A DNA stretch of 64,000 nt. Origin: Mobula hypostoma (lineage: Eukaryota). The stretch is from contig NC_086097.1 in the NCBI RefSeq assembly GCF_963921235.1, positions 181,352,001-181,416,000 of the forward strand. Direction: 5' to 3'. The notes below the pieces were generated by a model. The model was not told the origin of the DNA. It saw only the letters and a program-made list of their open reading frames with translations, and ran no database searches. The first letter of the stretch is position 1. Each line of letters starts with the position of its first letter. Made by a program: the position numbers and the translations under genes. Shown one piece after another: positions 27,006-38,853 of this stretch.

Positions 27006-27636
27006 CCCAGACTATGTCCCCTATGTCCCTGAACTACCCTATCCTGAGGATAGGACTGTTACCATCCACTTTATCCTATACCAGTCATAATTTTAAGCAT
27101 TGCTATAGAGTCACCCTCATTCTCCTTTGTTTCAAGGAATAAAGTTCTAGATTAGCCAACCTCTCCTTACAACTCAGACCCTCTTATACAGGCAACATCC
27201 TTGTAAATCTTTTTGCCACTTTTTCCAATTCAGTCACATCTTTCTTCTAAAAGACACCAAAACTGAGTACAGGATTATCCTCTGAAATGCGGGAATCCAT
27301 TATTGAGGAAATAGTAACAGGACATATAGATACAGAGAAACAGAGTTAACATAATTTAACAAAACAGTAATCGGATGTTTGATAGATGCATTAGAGTTGT
27401 TTGATGCTGTAATAAGATTGGCACTTAAAGAGGGGTGTGGCTCGATTTGACTGAGAACACCACATGAAAGGCTGCTACACAAGCAAAAGCTGTTGGTGTT
27501 GGAGTGGTGTTACTGGGATAGATAGTTACCTTGAAAGGAGAGTCAGGATGCGAGGATCATGATCAGATTGGCAAGCTGTAACTAGTGGGGTGCCACAGAG
27601 ATCAGTGGTGCGGCTTCATGCATTTACATCCGTATT

Positions 27637-27936
27637 GGCTGCCGTGGTAACGTAGCAATTAATGCAACATTATTGTAGCTCGGTGCGTTTCGGAGTTTGG
27701 AGTTTAATTCCGGTGCTGTCTGTAAGGAGTCTGTGCGTCCTCTTCGTGGACTGCTTGGGTTTTCCCTAGTGCTCCGGTTTCCCCGCTCAGTCCAAAGACA
27801 TACCGGGTAGGTTAATTGGTTATTGTAAATTGTCCCATGATTAGGTCAGAGTTAATTGGTTTTGTCAGGTTGCTGGGTTGGTGTGGCTCGAAGGGCCAGA
27901 AGGACCTACTCTCTGCCGTATTGCTAAATAAATAAG
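27637..27936 (+). mobile_element. tRNA-derived SINE (V-SINE/HE1-like), inserted in an old CR1
   Basis: Degenerate A box (gtggtaacgtagc) and B box (gagtttaattcc); core gggttttccctagtgctccggtttcc...ccaaagac; (taaa)n tail. Confidence 0.7.
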
Positions 27937-28599
27937 TAAATATTAGTGACTGAAAAAAATGAAGGTTGAACTATATTCTAGCCAGATACAATGGAGCATA
28001 GCTAAGGTGAATGGTCATAGTCGATTTTTCTCAGGGTAGGGGATCTTAAAACTAAAGGGAACTGGTTTAAGAGGGGAAAGGGAAAAAAATTTATAGGAGA
28101 CCTGAAGGGCAAGTTTCTCACACAGAAGGTAGTGGGTATATGGAACGAGATGTCAGAAGAGGTGGTAAAAACAGGTACAATAACAATATTTAAGAGCCAT
28201 TTATAGGGTACATAGATAGGAAAGGTTTAGGGTGATACAGACCAAATGCAGGCAAGTGGGGTTAGCTGAGGAAAGCATCTTGGTCAGTAAGGATGAGTTG
28301 GGCTGAAAGGCCTTTTTCTCTGCAGTACAATTCTGACTATTGCAGATTCACCTTCCTGAAGCTGCTCTTTAAGTCAGTCTCAGAGGCTGAAATCACAAGA
28401 TCATCAGTGGCTGTGGGTGTTCGTGAAGGTACCACCAGATTTTGACAGTCAAAGTGAGAATAAAGGCATTGAGCTGATCTGCGAGTGAAACCTTGTCACT
28501 TTTGTCACTTGTTTTGACTTTGTAGGAGGTGAAAGCCCTGCCACAGCTATCAAGCATCCTTCAGTGATTCAAGTTTAGTCCTGAATTACCACTTCGCAT

Positions 28600-29610
28600 G
28601 TGAGATGGCTTTCCACAGGTCATACATGAACCTTTTGTAATTAACTTGGTCGTCAGACCTGAGTACCATTGATCTGGACTTCAGCAGATTGAGGATCTCT
28701 TGGTTCATCCAGGCTTTCTGGATGGCGAAGGCTTTGAATGACTTTGTGGAGACATACTCATAGGTGACTGTATTTATAAAGGCTGTGACAACCGTGGCTT
28801 ATTTGATCAGATCCTCTGAATCCTTGAAAATGGTCCAGTCTACTGACTTGAAGCAATCCTGTAGCTGCTCCTCTGCCTCCTATGACTACTACTTTGTTGT
28901 TCTCAGCTCAGGAGTCTTGCTCTTTAGCCTCTGCCTGTATGCAGGTAGAAGGAGGTCAGATTGATGATCAGATTTCAGAAAATGACAAACTTCTATAGAT
29001 TTGTGGTTCAGAATACATTGACTAGTTGCATTGCAGCCTGGTATGGAAACATCATTGCCCTTGAACAGAAAAACCTACAAAAAATAGTGGATATGGACCA
29101 GTCCATCATGGTTAAAGCCCTCCCCACCTTGAGCATATCTACATGGAGTACTGTTGTAGGAAAACAGCATCCATCATCAAGGATCCCCACCACTCAGGCC
29201 GTGTTCTCTTCTTGCTGCTGCCATCTGGAAGGAGGGAGAAGAGCCTCAGGGTTCACCACCAGGTTCAGAAACTGTTATTACCCCTCAGCCATCAGGCTCT
29301 TGAACCAGAGGGGATAACTTCACTCACCCCAACACTGAACTGTTCCTACAACCTATGGATTCACTTTCAAGAACTCTTGTCATGTTCTCTATATTTTTAT
29401 GCTTATTTATTTATTTGTTTGTTTGTTTTGTTTTATTTGCACATTTTGTGTTTGCACATTGGTTATTTGTCTAATGTGCAGTCTTTCATTGATTCTATTA
29501 TGTTTCTTTGTATTTACTATGAATGTCTGCAAGAAAATAAATCTTGGAGTGGTGTATGGTGACCTGTATGTACTTTAATAGTGAATTTACTTTGAACGTT
29601 GAACTTTGAT
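28600..29610. mobile_element. Rex1-like fragments in opposite orientations (minus ~28600-28960; plus ~28970-29610)
   Basis: Minus piece: reverse complement of ccagaaagcctggatgaacc (QKAWMN). Plus piece: LTSCIAAWYGN, TTRFRNCYYPSAIRLLN. Confidence 0.7.
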
Positions 29611-29611
29611 T

Positions 29612-30280
29612 TCGATTAGATTATGAGGACACACAGTCCTCCTTTATTGTCATTTAGTAATGCATGCATTAAGAAATGATACAATGTTCCTCTGGTATGA
29701 TATCATAGGAACACAAGACAAACCAAGACTAAAAAAACTGACAAAAACCACATAGTTATAACATAGTTACAACAGTGCAAAGCAATACCATAATTTGATA
29801 AAGAACAGACCATGAGCACTGTAAAAAAAAAAGTCTCAAAGTCTCTCAGAGTCCCATCATCTTATGCAGACGAGAAGGGAGAAACTCTCCCTGCCATGAA
29901 CCTCCAGCGCTGCAAACTTGCCGATGCAGCACCCCGGAAGCACCCGACCACAGCCAACTCTTGAGTCCGTCCGAAAACTTCGAGCCTCCGACCAGCCCTC
30001 CGATACCGAGCACCATCTCTGCCGAGCGCTTCGACCCCGGCAACAGGCAGTAGGCAAAGCCGGGGATTTGGGGCCTTCCCCTCTGGAGATTCTCAATCGC
30101 ACAGTAGCAGCAGCAGCGAAGCAGGCATTTCAGAAGTTTCTCCAGATGTTCCTCCGTGCTTCTCACGTCTGTCTCCATCAAATCAGGATTGTGCATGGCC
30201 CCGACTTAACAAATACGATATCATTTTGGAGCGGTCGCGTGCACTGTGTCGTTCCACCATCTTCTCCTCCCCCACTGATT
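29612..30280 (-). mobile_element. Retroposon 3'-UTR-like interspersed repeat (family uncertain)
   Basis: gattagatta tail followed by ctttattgtc (polyA signal on the minus strand) and a CpG-retaining GC-rich body. Confidence 0.45.
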
Positions 30281-30709
30281 TGGTGATGATTCCAAAATTG
30301 GTGAGTTAACAAGCTGTGATGAGACAGAGATAAGTTAAGAGAGTCGGCCAAAATTTGACAGAGGGAATTATCTGGATCCATTTGCTGAATATTATCTTCT
30401 CTCTGCCACAAGAAGAGAAAAGTATTCTCAACTCAGTGCTGTCAGTACAAATTGAGCTGTTGGAGAAAGGGATGGTGTATCTGGGGAAAAGTACTAAAGG
30501 AACACTCGAACTTGCATTTTCTGATTCTGTAGCAAATGAAATGTTATCTCATCTGTGTTATACATAATCTCAAGTGTTGGGTGGTGGAGTATGGAGGCAA
30601 TTTTACTTTACAGCAGTCATGTCTCTGCCTCAGATGTGTGTGACTGGATGCTACAGTAAGGTCTTTATTCTGTAGCCAACCTGTGTTGTCCCTGCCTGGA
30701 ACTGTATGA

Positions 30710-31122
30710 CATACATACTTTGCACTTTATTGTCGCCAAACAATTGATACTAGAACGTACAATCATCACAGCGATATTTGATTCGGCGCTTCCCGCTCCC
30801 TGGATTACAAATATTAAATATTAAAAATAGTAAAAATTAGTAAATATTAAAATTTAAATTATAAATCATAAATAGAAAATAGAAAAATGGAAAGTGAGGT
30901 AGTGCAAAAAAACCAAGAGGCAGGTCCAGATATTTGGAGGGTACTGCCCAGATCTGGGTCAGGATCCGTTCAGCAGTCTTATCACAGTTGGAAAGAAGCT
31001 GTTCCCAAATCTGGCCGTACGAGTCTTCAAGCTCCTGAGCCTTCTCCTGGAGGTAAGAGGGACGAAAAGTGTGTTAGCTGGGTGGGTCGTGTCCTTGATT
31101 GTCCTGGCAGCACTGCTCGGAC
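30710..31122 (-). mobile_element. Rex1/L2-like 3' end fragment
   Basis: Minus strand encodes HTFRPS...RRRLRSLKTRTARFGNSFFPTVIRLLN; (cata)n tail. Confidence 0.7.
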
Positions 31123-32964
31123 ATCATCTATCTGATGGAACTGTGCAGGCAGTGTTACTCTGGATCTAATCTAGGAATCTTTAGCAATAATAATTGTTTG
31201 CTATTGGAAGATTTTCAATTCTTAAGTAGGGAACAAGAATATTACAGTGAAATTGCGGGGCTGTTATTGTTCCAGTGACAGGAATCGAAATCCCTTAAGT
31301 TATCGAAGTTTGCTAGTTTGTATATCAGAATCAGATTTATTATTATTGACATATGGTGTGAGATTTGTTGTTTTGGCGGCAGCGGTGCAGTGCAAAGACA
31401 ATTAAAAATAGTAAATTATAGAAATAAATGGGACAAAAAAAGGGATAGCGCAAAAGTGTTCATGGATTCATGGACCTTTCAGAAACCTGATGGCGGGGGG
31501 GTGGGGGGGGTGCGGGGAAGCTGCAACTAAAATGTTGATTGAGTCTTCAGGCTCCTGTACCTTCCTCTCTGATTATTATAATGAAAAGACCTCACCTACA
31601 CAATGACCCAGTTGGCTACTTAATACTGGAGAGCAATTAAGAATTGCAATAAATCCTGGTCAAGCCACTATTCTCGTGCCACAGATGATAAAAAAACTAA
31701 TGGCCCTCACCTTGAGCATAAATTGTGGGTGCGCAGCTGTTAAAACAGTTTTAAAATTGAATTGATCAGTGATCGATGTATTGGTGTACCCTGCAACTTG
31801 GACAGTAGCACTGTGCCAAGCTCCTTATGAGCTTCTGCCGTTCAAGAGGTCACTGAAGGGCTGGGGTAAGTGTGCACTTCCCCATGTCTCCAGGATATAG
31901 AAATACATTAACCTTGACCGTCTCCTTGAGTCCCGATAGGTTGCACTGTCAGTGCTGGGAGAGAATTAGTGGTGACAAAACAGTAGGGAGAGATTTTCAT
32001 GTTGCAAGTCACTCTCCACTTTAAGCAGTTGACCTCAGTTGAAGTGTTGGCCTAATAAGAGTTACATTTCCTTCAGGCTGTACCTTTTTGAACCTGGTCC
32101 AGATGTGAGCAAGGTCTTGTTCGTGAGTGGGTCCCTGAGGGCTCTCTTTTTTCCACAGCTTCATACTTTACAGGGGGGTGGGTGCCTGTGTTTCCTAACT
32201 CATCCCTCGTGCGTTGCCTGGGTGTAGATGGTTGAAAAAGAGAGTGTGTGTGGACGTTTTATAATCGCTTGTGTGCAGATCACATGCTGTGACCAAGAGC
32301 ACCCTGCACTCCCCTGTAGGATGAACCTGATTTCTTGTGGGTGAGCTCTGCCTCTGAGCAACTGTTCTCTTTCCTCCCCATCCCCCGTTGCTGCTGTAAC
32401 CCCGGCAGCAAAATCAGGACCAAAGGAAGGTTGTGTTGGGAAGGGGGAGGGGAATGTGCCAGTCACAGTCAGCAGTGTTGCAATTTCCTCTGCTGGCTGA
32501 AGTTGGTGTAAAACTTTGCTGACAGCGATGAAAAACCATGGCTGTGTGCTCTGCTCATTCATGTGAGACCGGTGAAAGCAGGTCTGAACTCGGCTAGGAA
32601 CCTGCACCGTCCCAGTAATTGCAGACATCGGAGAACTGCTGTGGACTCTTGCTCTCCTCTTCTCAAAGTATATTCCGAATACAGGGAAGTATGTCTGAAG
32701 GCCAGAGCCTTGTGTAAACCGTTACACTGGAGGGTGTGACTTTCTCTCAGTAACCGAGAGGGAGAGAAATTGCAGGTAAAAGGTGCTGGTGGGGGATGGG
32801 GGTAGGTGAGGATGGGAGGAAGTCTGCAGTCCTGTGATCACCCTATCCCATTGTGGATCTAGCAGAGTCTTTTCTGGGCCAGGACGGCAAGTGTGTGTGC
32901 CAATAGCTCGGCACTGAGAGTTCCTAAAGGTGCTGGGACATGATCTGTGCTTGCTTGGGCTGTG

Positions 32965-33059
32965 TTCTCTCTCGTTCTCTCTGTCTCTCTCACTCTCTCT
33001 GTCTGTCTCTCTCTCTCTCTCTCTCTCACTCTCTCTGTCTCTCTCTCTCACTCTCTCTG

Positions 33060-33105
<46 letters not shown>

Positions 33106-33172
33106 GCTCTCTCTCACTCTCTCTGTCTGGCTCTCTCACTCTCGCTTTCTCTCTGTCCCTCTCACCCTCTCA
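32965..33172. repeat. Imperfect (CT)n microsatellite
   Basis: Directly visible. Confidence 0.95.
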
Positions 33173-33893
33173 CTTTCAAAATATTAATTTCTTCTAATTG
33201 TGCATGAAGTGCTCATGTGTGTTAAATTTTGCATGTGTAATACTTCTTATCATGCATTAGCCCAAATATAAACCACAAGCATGTGTACTTGTGCATGATA
33301 TGTGTGTGTGTGTAAAAAAAATGCAAGCCTGTTTCTCTAAAACATATTTGATGCTCATATACACTTCTGCAAGATGTCATATCTATGTGCTGCAGCGTGA
33401 CATGGGTCTGTGTTTGTTGTGGGTGGGTGTGTTTGTATAAGGTGGTCACGCAACACTGTGAGTAGTGCTTGCTACGTTGTTCTTTGGCACGTGCTTGTGT
33501 GAAGTGTTCGCACATACCCCTACATACATCTGTAACTTTTGTGCTCATGTCAACCGCACCTGGAAGTGCTAGTACTTGTTCTGACAGCCCCTAGGGATGG
33601 ATGAAGACACAGGAGAGCTTGCTGGCTGGTACCCTGCTCCCACTGCTTCAAGAGTGGGGTTAGCACGTGTTGTTTTCTGGGTTCCTCACCTCTAGCCTGG
33701 CTGAGAGGCGCTACTCAAAGTTCAGGAAATGAAAGTGGGCACCTAGTAGAAGTGTCGATGTGGGAGCAGTGACCATAGTTCTGTAAGTTTCAAGGTAGTC
33801 AGGGAAAGGGAATACGGCTGGTTGTTAAGTTAAACTCTTGAAAGGACCTGGTGGAAGTAGATGTCTGCCATGTCTTGGACAAGTCCAATTATT

Positions 33894-34438
33894 TACTCAG
33901 TTGTCACTTTATTAGATAAACCTGCACATTAATGCAAATGTCTAATCAGCCAATCATGTGGAAGCAACTCAATGCAAAAAACACGCAGACATGGCCAAGA
34001 GGTTCAGTTGTTGTTCAGACCAAACATCAGAATGGGGAATAAATGTGATCTCAGTGACTGACCTTGGAATGATTTTTGGTGCCTGACTGGCTGGTTTGAC
34101 TATCTCAAAATTGCTAATCTCCTGGGATTTTCAAGCACTTCAGTCTCTTGCATTTACAGAGAATGGTGTGAAAAACAAAAAAAAATCCAGTGAGTGGCAG
34201 TTATGTGGTGAAGCTGCCTCGTTAATGAGAGATGTCAGAGGAGAAAGACTTTACTGGTTCAAGCTGGCAGGAAGTGACGTTAACTCAAATAACATTATAT
34301 TACAACAGTGGTGTGCGGAAAAGCATCTCTGAACGCACAACATTTCAACATTTGAAGCAGATGGGCTACAGCAGCAGAAGACCACAAACATAGGTGCAGG
34401 TACCTCCTGTACCTGATAAAGTTGTGGCCACTGTGTAT
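33894..34438 (+). mobile_element. Internally deleted Tc1-like transposon
   Basis: Inverted ends tactcagttgtcactttattag / ctgataaagttgtggccactgtgta; remnant transposase start atggggaataaatgtgatctcagtgac...ctcctgggattttca. Confidence 0.7.
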
Positions 34439-34439
34439 A

Positions 34440-35560
34440 GTGGGCTGCAAGCAGTTGTCACAGGTAGACAGAGTAGTGAAGATGTTCATCATTCAGGGTA
34501 CTGAGAACAGCAGTTGGAACACTGTTGCGGTTCTGTAAAATATTGGTAAGACTGCACTTGGAATGCTGTGTAGAGTTTTGGTTGCCCTGTTTTAGGATAG
34601 ACGTCATTAAACTGGAAAGTATGTTGCAAAAATTACAAGGATTCTGTCAGGACTGGATGGCGTGAATATGAGGCAGATGTGGGGCAGGCTAGGACTTTAT
34701 TCCTTGGAACACAGGAGAATGAGGGGAGACCTTACAGAGTGTATGAGATCTTGAGGTGCATTGATAGGGTGAACACATGCAGGCTTTTTCCCAGGGAAAG
34801 GGAACTAGAGGCATAGGTTTTAAGAAGAGGGGTGGATTTAAGGGACTTATTGGGCCACTAGTACTTCACACAGAGTGTGATGTATGCATGGAACAAACTG
34901 CCAGAGGAAGTGGTTGAGGCAGGCACAATAATAACATTCGAAAGCATTTGTATAAGTTTATGGATAGGAGGTGCTTCAAGGGATATGGGCTGAATGCAGC
35001 ACATGGGACTAGCTTGGTGGGCACCATGGTTGCCTTGGCTGAGTTGGGTGGAAAGGCCTGTTTTGACATTATAAGGGCAAAATGGGGCCATGAAGTGTAC
35101 CCAGGGCTAGATGAAATTTAAGCCAGGTTGCTGTGGAAAGGAAGGGAAGAATAACGGGTATGACAGAGTTCCTTGCATCCTTGTTAGCCCCAGGTGAGAT
35201 GATGGAAGATTAGAGATAGCTAATGTTGTTCCTTATCTATAAGAGGGACAGCAGGGACAAGCCAGGTAACTACAGGCCAGAGAGTCTTGTGTAGGTGATA
35301 GGGAAATTATTGGCGAAGATTCAAAGGGACAGATTTCCATACATTTGGAAAGGCAGGGCTGATCAGTGATGGAAAATCTGTCTCACTATTACGAGTTTTT
35401 TTTGAGGATGCAACTAAACAGATTGATGGGAAGGAAATAGATGTTGCTTATACTTTGTCAGTAAGGCATATGACAAGGCCCCTCATGGTAGACTGTTCTG
35501 GTAGATTAAGGGACATGGAATCCAAAATTTACTTGCTGATGCGGAAGAGGTATATGAAAT
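34440..35560 (+). mobile_element. Two decayed CR1 fragments
   Basis: RRMRGDL / WNKLPEEVVEAG-like region, followed by a PGNYRP-like region. Confidence 0.75.
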
Positions 35561-35571
35561 TATATACCAGT

Positions 35572-36620
35572 GCAGGTGGATGTCTTTCCTGGTGTCATGG
35601 ATTCTCGATTACCTGACTGGTAGACCACAGTACGTGTGCTTGCAACACTGTGTGTCCGACAGAGTGATCAGCAGCACTGGGGCTCCACAGGGGACTGTCT
35701 TGTCTCCCTTTCTCTTCACCGTTTACACCTCGGACTTCAACTACTGCACAGAGTCTTGTCATCTTCAGAAGCTTTCTGATGACTCTGCCATAGTTGGATG
35801 CATCAGCAAGGGAGATGAGGCTGAGTACAGGGCTACCGTAGGAAACTTTGTCACATGGTGTGAGCAGAATTATCTGCAGCTTAATGTGAAAAAGACGAAG
35901 GAGCTGGTGGTAAACCTGAGGAGAGCTAAGGCACCGGTGACCCCTGTTTCCATCCAGAGGGTCAGTGTGGACATGGTGGAGGATTACAAATATGCAGGGA
36001 TACGAATTGACAATAAACTGGACTGGTCAAAGAACACTGAGGCTGTCTACAAGAAGGGTCAGAGCCATCTCTATTTCCTGAGGAGACTGAGGTCCTTTAA
36101 CATCTGCCAGACGATGCTGAGGATGTTCTACAAGTCTGTGGTGGCCAGTGCGATCATGTTTGTTGTTGTGTGCTGGAGCAGCAGGCTGAGGGTAGCAGAC
36201 ACCAAAAGAATCAACAAACTCATTCATAAGGCCAGTGATGTTGTGGGGATGGAACTGGACTCTCTGACGGTGGTGTCTGAAAAGAGGATGCTGTCCAAGT
36301 TGCATGCCATCTTGGACAATGTCTCCCATCCACTACATAATGTACTGGGTGGGCACAGGAGTACATTCAGCCAGAGACTCACTCCACCGAGATGCAACAC
36401 TGAGCGTCATAGGAAGTCATTCCTGTCTGTGGCCATCAAACTTTACAACTCCTCCCTTGGGGGGTCAGACACCCTGAGCCATTAGGCTGGTCCTGGACTT
36501 ATTTCCTGGCATAATTTACATATTACTATTTAACTATTTATGATTTTATTTCTATTTAATTATTTATGGTGCAACTGTAACAAAAACCAATTTCCCCCGG
36601 GATCAATGAAGTATGACTAT
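35572..36620 (+). mobile_element. Young 5'-truncated Rex1/Babar element (301-aa open RT C-terminal half)
   Basis: WILDYLTGRPQYV, TGAPQGTVLSPFLF, LQKLSDDSAIVG, LNVKKTKELVV; 3' end gggatcaatgaagtatgactat. Confidence 0.92.
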
Positions 36621-38705
36621 ACAAAGCATAGATACGGTATAAAGTCAGAATTGTTTTTCCCCTGCTGGGACTATCAAGACTGATTTAACTTGAAGGGAGG
36701 AAGTTTTAAAAGGGATTGAGGAGAAGGTTTGAGAGTTGCTGGTACTGGGAGCTTGTTGCCAGAGGAAGTAGAATCAGTACAATCACTCCATCTAAGAGAC
36801 ATTCAGATAGGCACTTTTGAATTGGCAAGGCACGGAAGGATATGGACCCAATGCAGGCTAGTGGAGTTAGTGTAGTCAGCATGGACATGGGTCGTTCAGC
36901 TCACTATTTCTGTGCTGTAGACACAGACCCACTGCCCACTTCTCAAAGTTTTGTGTCATTACTTTAAACATACTATCTTGAAATATCACAGCATTGAGCT
37001 CAGTAATTGAGGTATTCCATAGCAACTAGGCTATGTAGAGGGGTTCAGGAATTCAAGCTTATTTGCTTTGACCTGGCTGGGTTGAACTTTCTGAGGTTAT
37101 TAACAAGAACTGCAGCAGCTGAATTGTTGAGTATTGTGAAATAAGCAGCAGGGCATGGGCTGATATCTCCAATTGCTGGCGCTTCTCTCAGGGAACTGTT
37201 TGCCTAATGTTTAGCTAGCAGTGGGGGCACTTGGAACTTGATCCAAGAGAACTCATTAGTGGAATTTGGTTGAGTTGTGAGGTGCTATATCCTCATTAAA
37301 TGCTTGCATAGCGATCACTGAGTCTAGTAGAACAGAAGTTATAACAGAGACCTCAGCTGGTCAGTCTGAATGATCCACTCTGGTGTTCATCCTCTGTTTG
37401 AGCTTGTACCCACTTTGTTCCTTGCTGTTCATCATTGACAATGTCTCTGCTCTGATCAGTATCTAACAGTGAGTACCAGTTATTGCCTTTTATTTAGCTT
37501 TTACTTATTTGTCACTTGTACATCGAGACATAATGAAATGTGTTGTTTGCGTCTATGACCAACACAGTCTAAAGATGTGCTGGGTGCATTCCTCAAGTGT
37601 CTCCATGATTTCTGCCACCAATATAACATGCCCACAACCTTACTAAACCCAATTTACTAACCCTAATCTATACTATACGTCTTCGGAATGTATAGGTTAT
37701 AGGTCTTTGAAACCCACACAGTCTAGGGGAAAACATACAAGCTCCTTGTAAACCAGCAGGAATTGAACCCAAATCTTCTGATCACTGAAAGGCGTTACGC
37801 TAACCGCCGCACTATCTTGTTGCTTGCAACAGTAATTCGTTTTAAATTCATTTTCAGGGTTTGGTCATTGCTGGTGAGTCCAGCATTTATTGCCCTTCCT
37901 TGCCAACTTCCTGACAGAGTTCCGAGGGCAACAAGGAGCCATTTCCTGTTCGTATGGGTGTAGAGTTATGTGCAAGCTCATGCTGGCTGCACACAGCTGA
38001 TTTGTGAGCTAGTTAAGATCTTACTGCTTTAGTAATTCCAGCACATTCATTTTTGCTTTAAAAGCTCATTTTAAATTTTCAAACTTAACACATGCATGTG
38101 AATTCATAGTCACTGGGTCACTGGTCTGCTAAGAAAGCAGACCAGTACAGCACTGAACCCATTTTTCTTGTTGTGTACCATATCTCAAATGATCAATGAG
38201 ACACTATTTCTCCTGGTGGTTGAAATCCGGAGCCAGTGCACCTTGAACTTATTGGCATATTGTGTCATGAAGGGCTGTGAGTCAAGTTAAAATTTTAAGA
38301 ACTGAAATCCGTATCTTTGGTAGCTAAAGTTATCAAAGGATCTGGTGCAAAGGCAATTGAATGGTCTTGGTAATGTGTAAACTGAAGAGATCAAACAAGA
38401 CCTAATAGAATGTCTAGGGGCTGAGTATCCAGCTGACTTTCCATTTGAGGTAAATTACAGAAATTTGGGCAGCAGAGCAATGGAGCACCTTGGATGAAAA
38501 GCTTTGGTGTGTGCTGCAGACAGAGGAGTTGGAGCTGAAAATCCAAGGCACCTACAAGATTAGTCAGAAAGTGTAATTACAGCGTGACACATTAGAGTCT
38601 GCCTTCAATATTAATGCCAACATAAACAATAATCGTAAGTATTAACACATGATTGTGACACGAAGGAGCTGATGGATTTTGTTTCTCTTGAATCTCTTTT
38701 TCTAG

Positions 38706-38853
38706 GTTATGCTGTCCCAAAGACATTCGCTGAACTTGCGTGAAAAGGAAAAGGGTTAAAAAGAGACATCTTCAGTTACGTGCTGGTAACTACGCTAGAG
38801 ACAACGCAATGGATTTGCCTGTTTCTCCTGAGATTCACATTGTTGTTCAGGGT
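38706..38853 (+). CDS. Candidate host-gene exon: 5' UTR plus start codon (ATG 38809; MDLPVSPEIHIVVQG, phase-0 donor)
   Basis: Pyrimidine-rich acceptor ttgaatctctttttctag|g, consensus donor GGT|GTAAGT, Kozak-like gcaATGG, in-frame upstream stop and retained CpGs. Protein not recognised. Confidence 0.45.
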
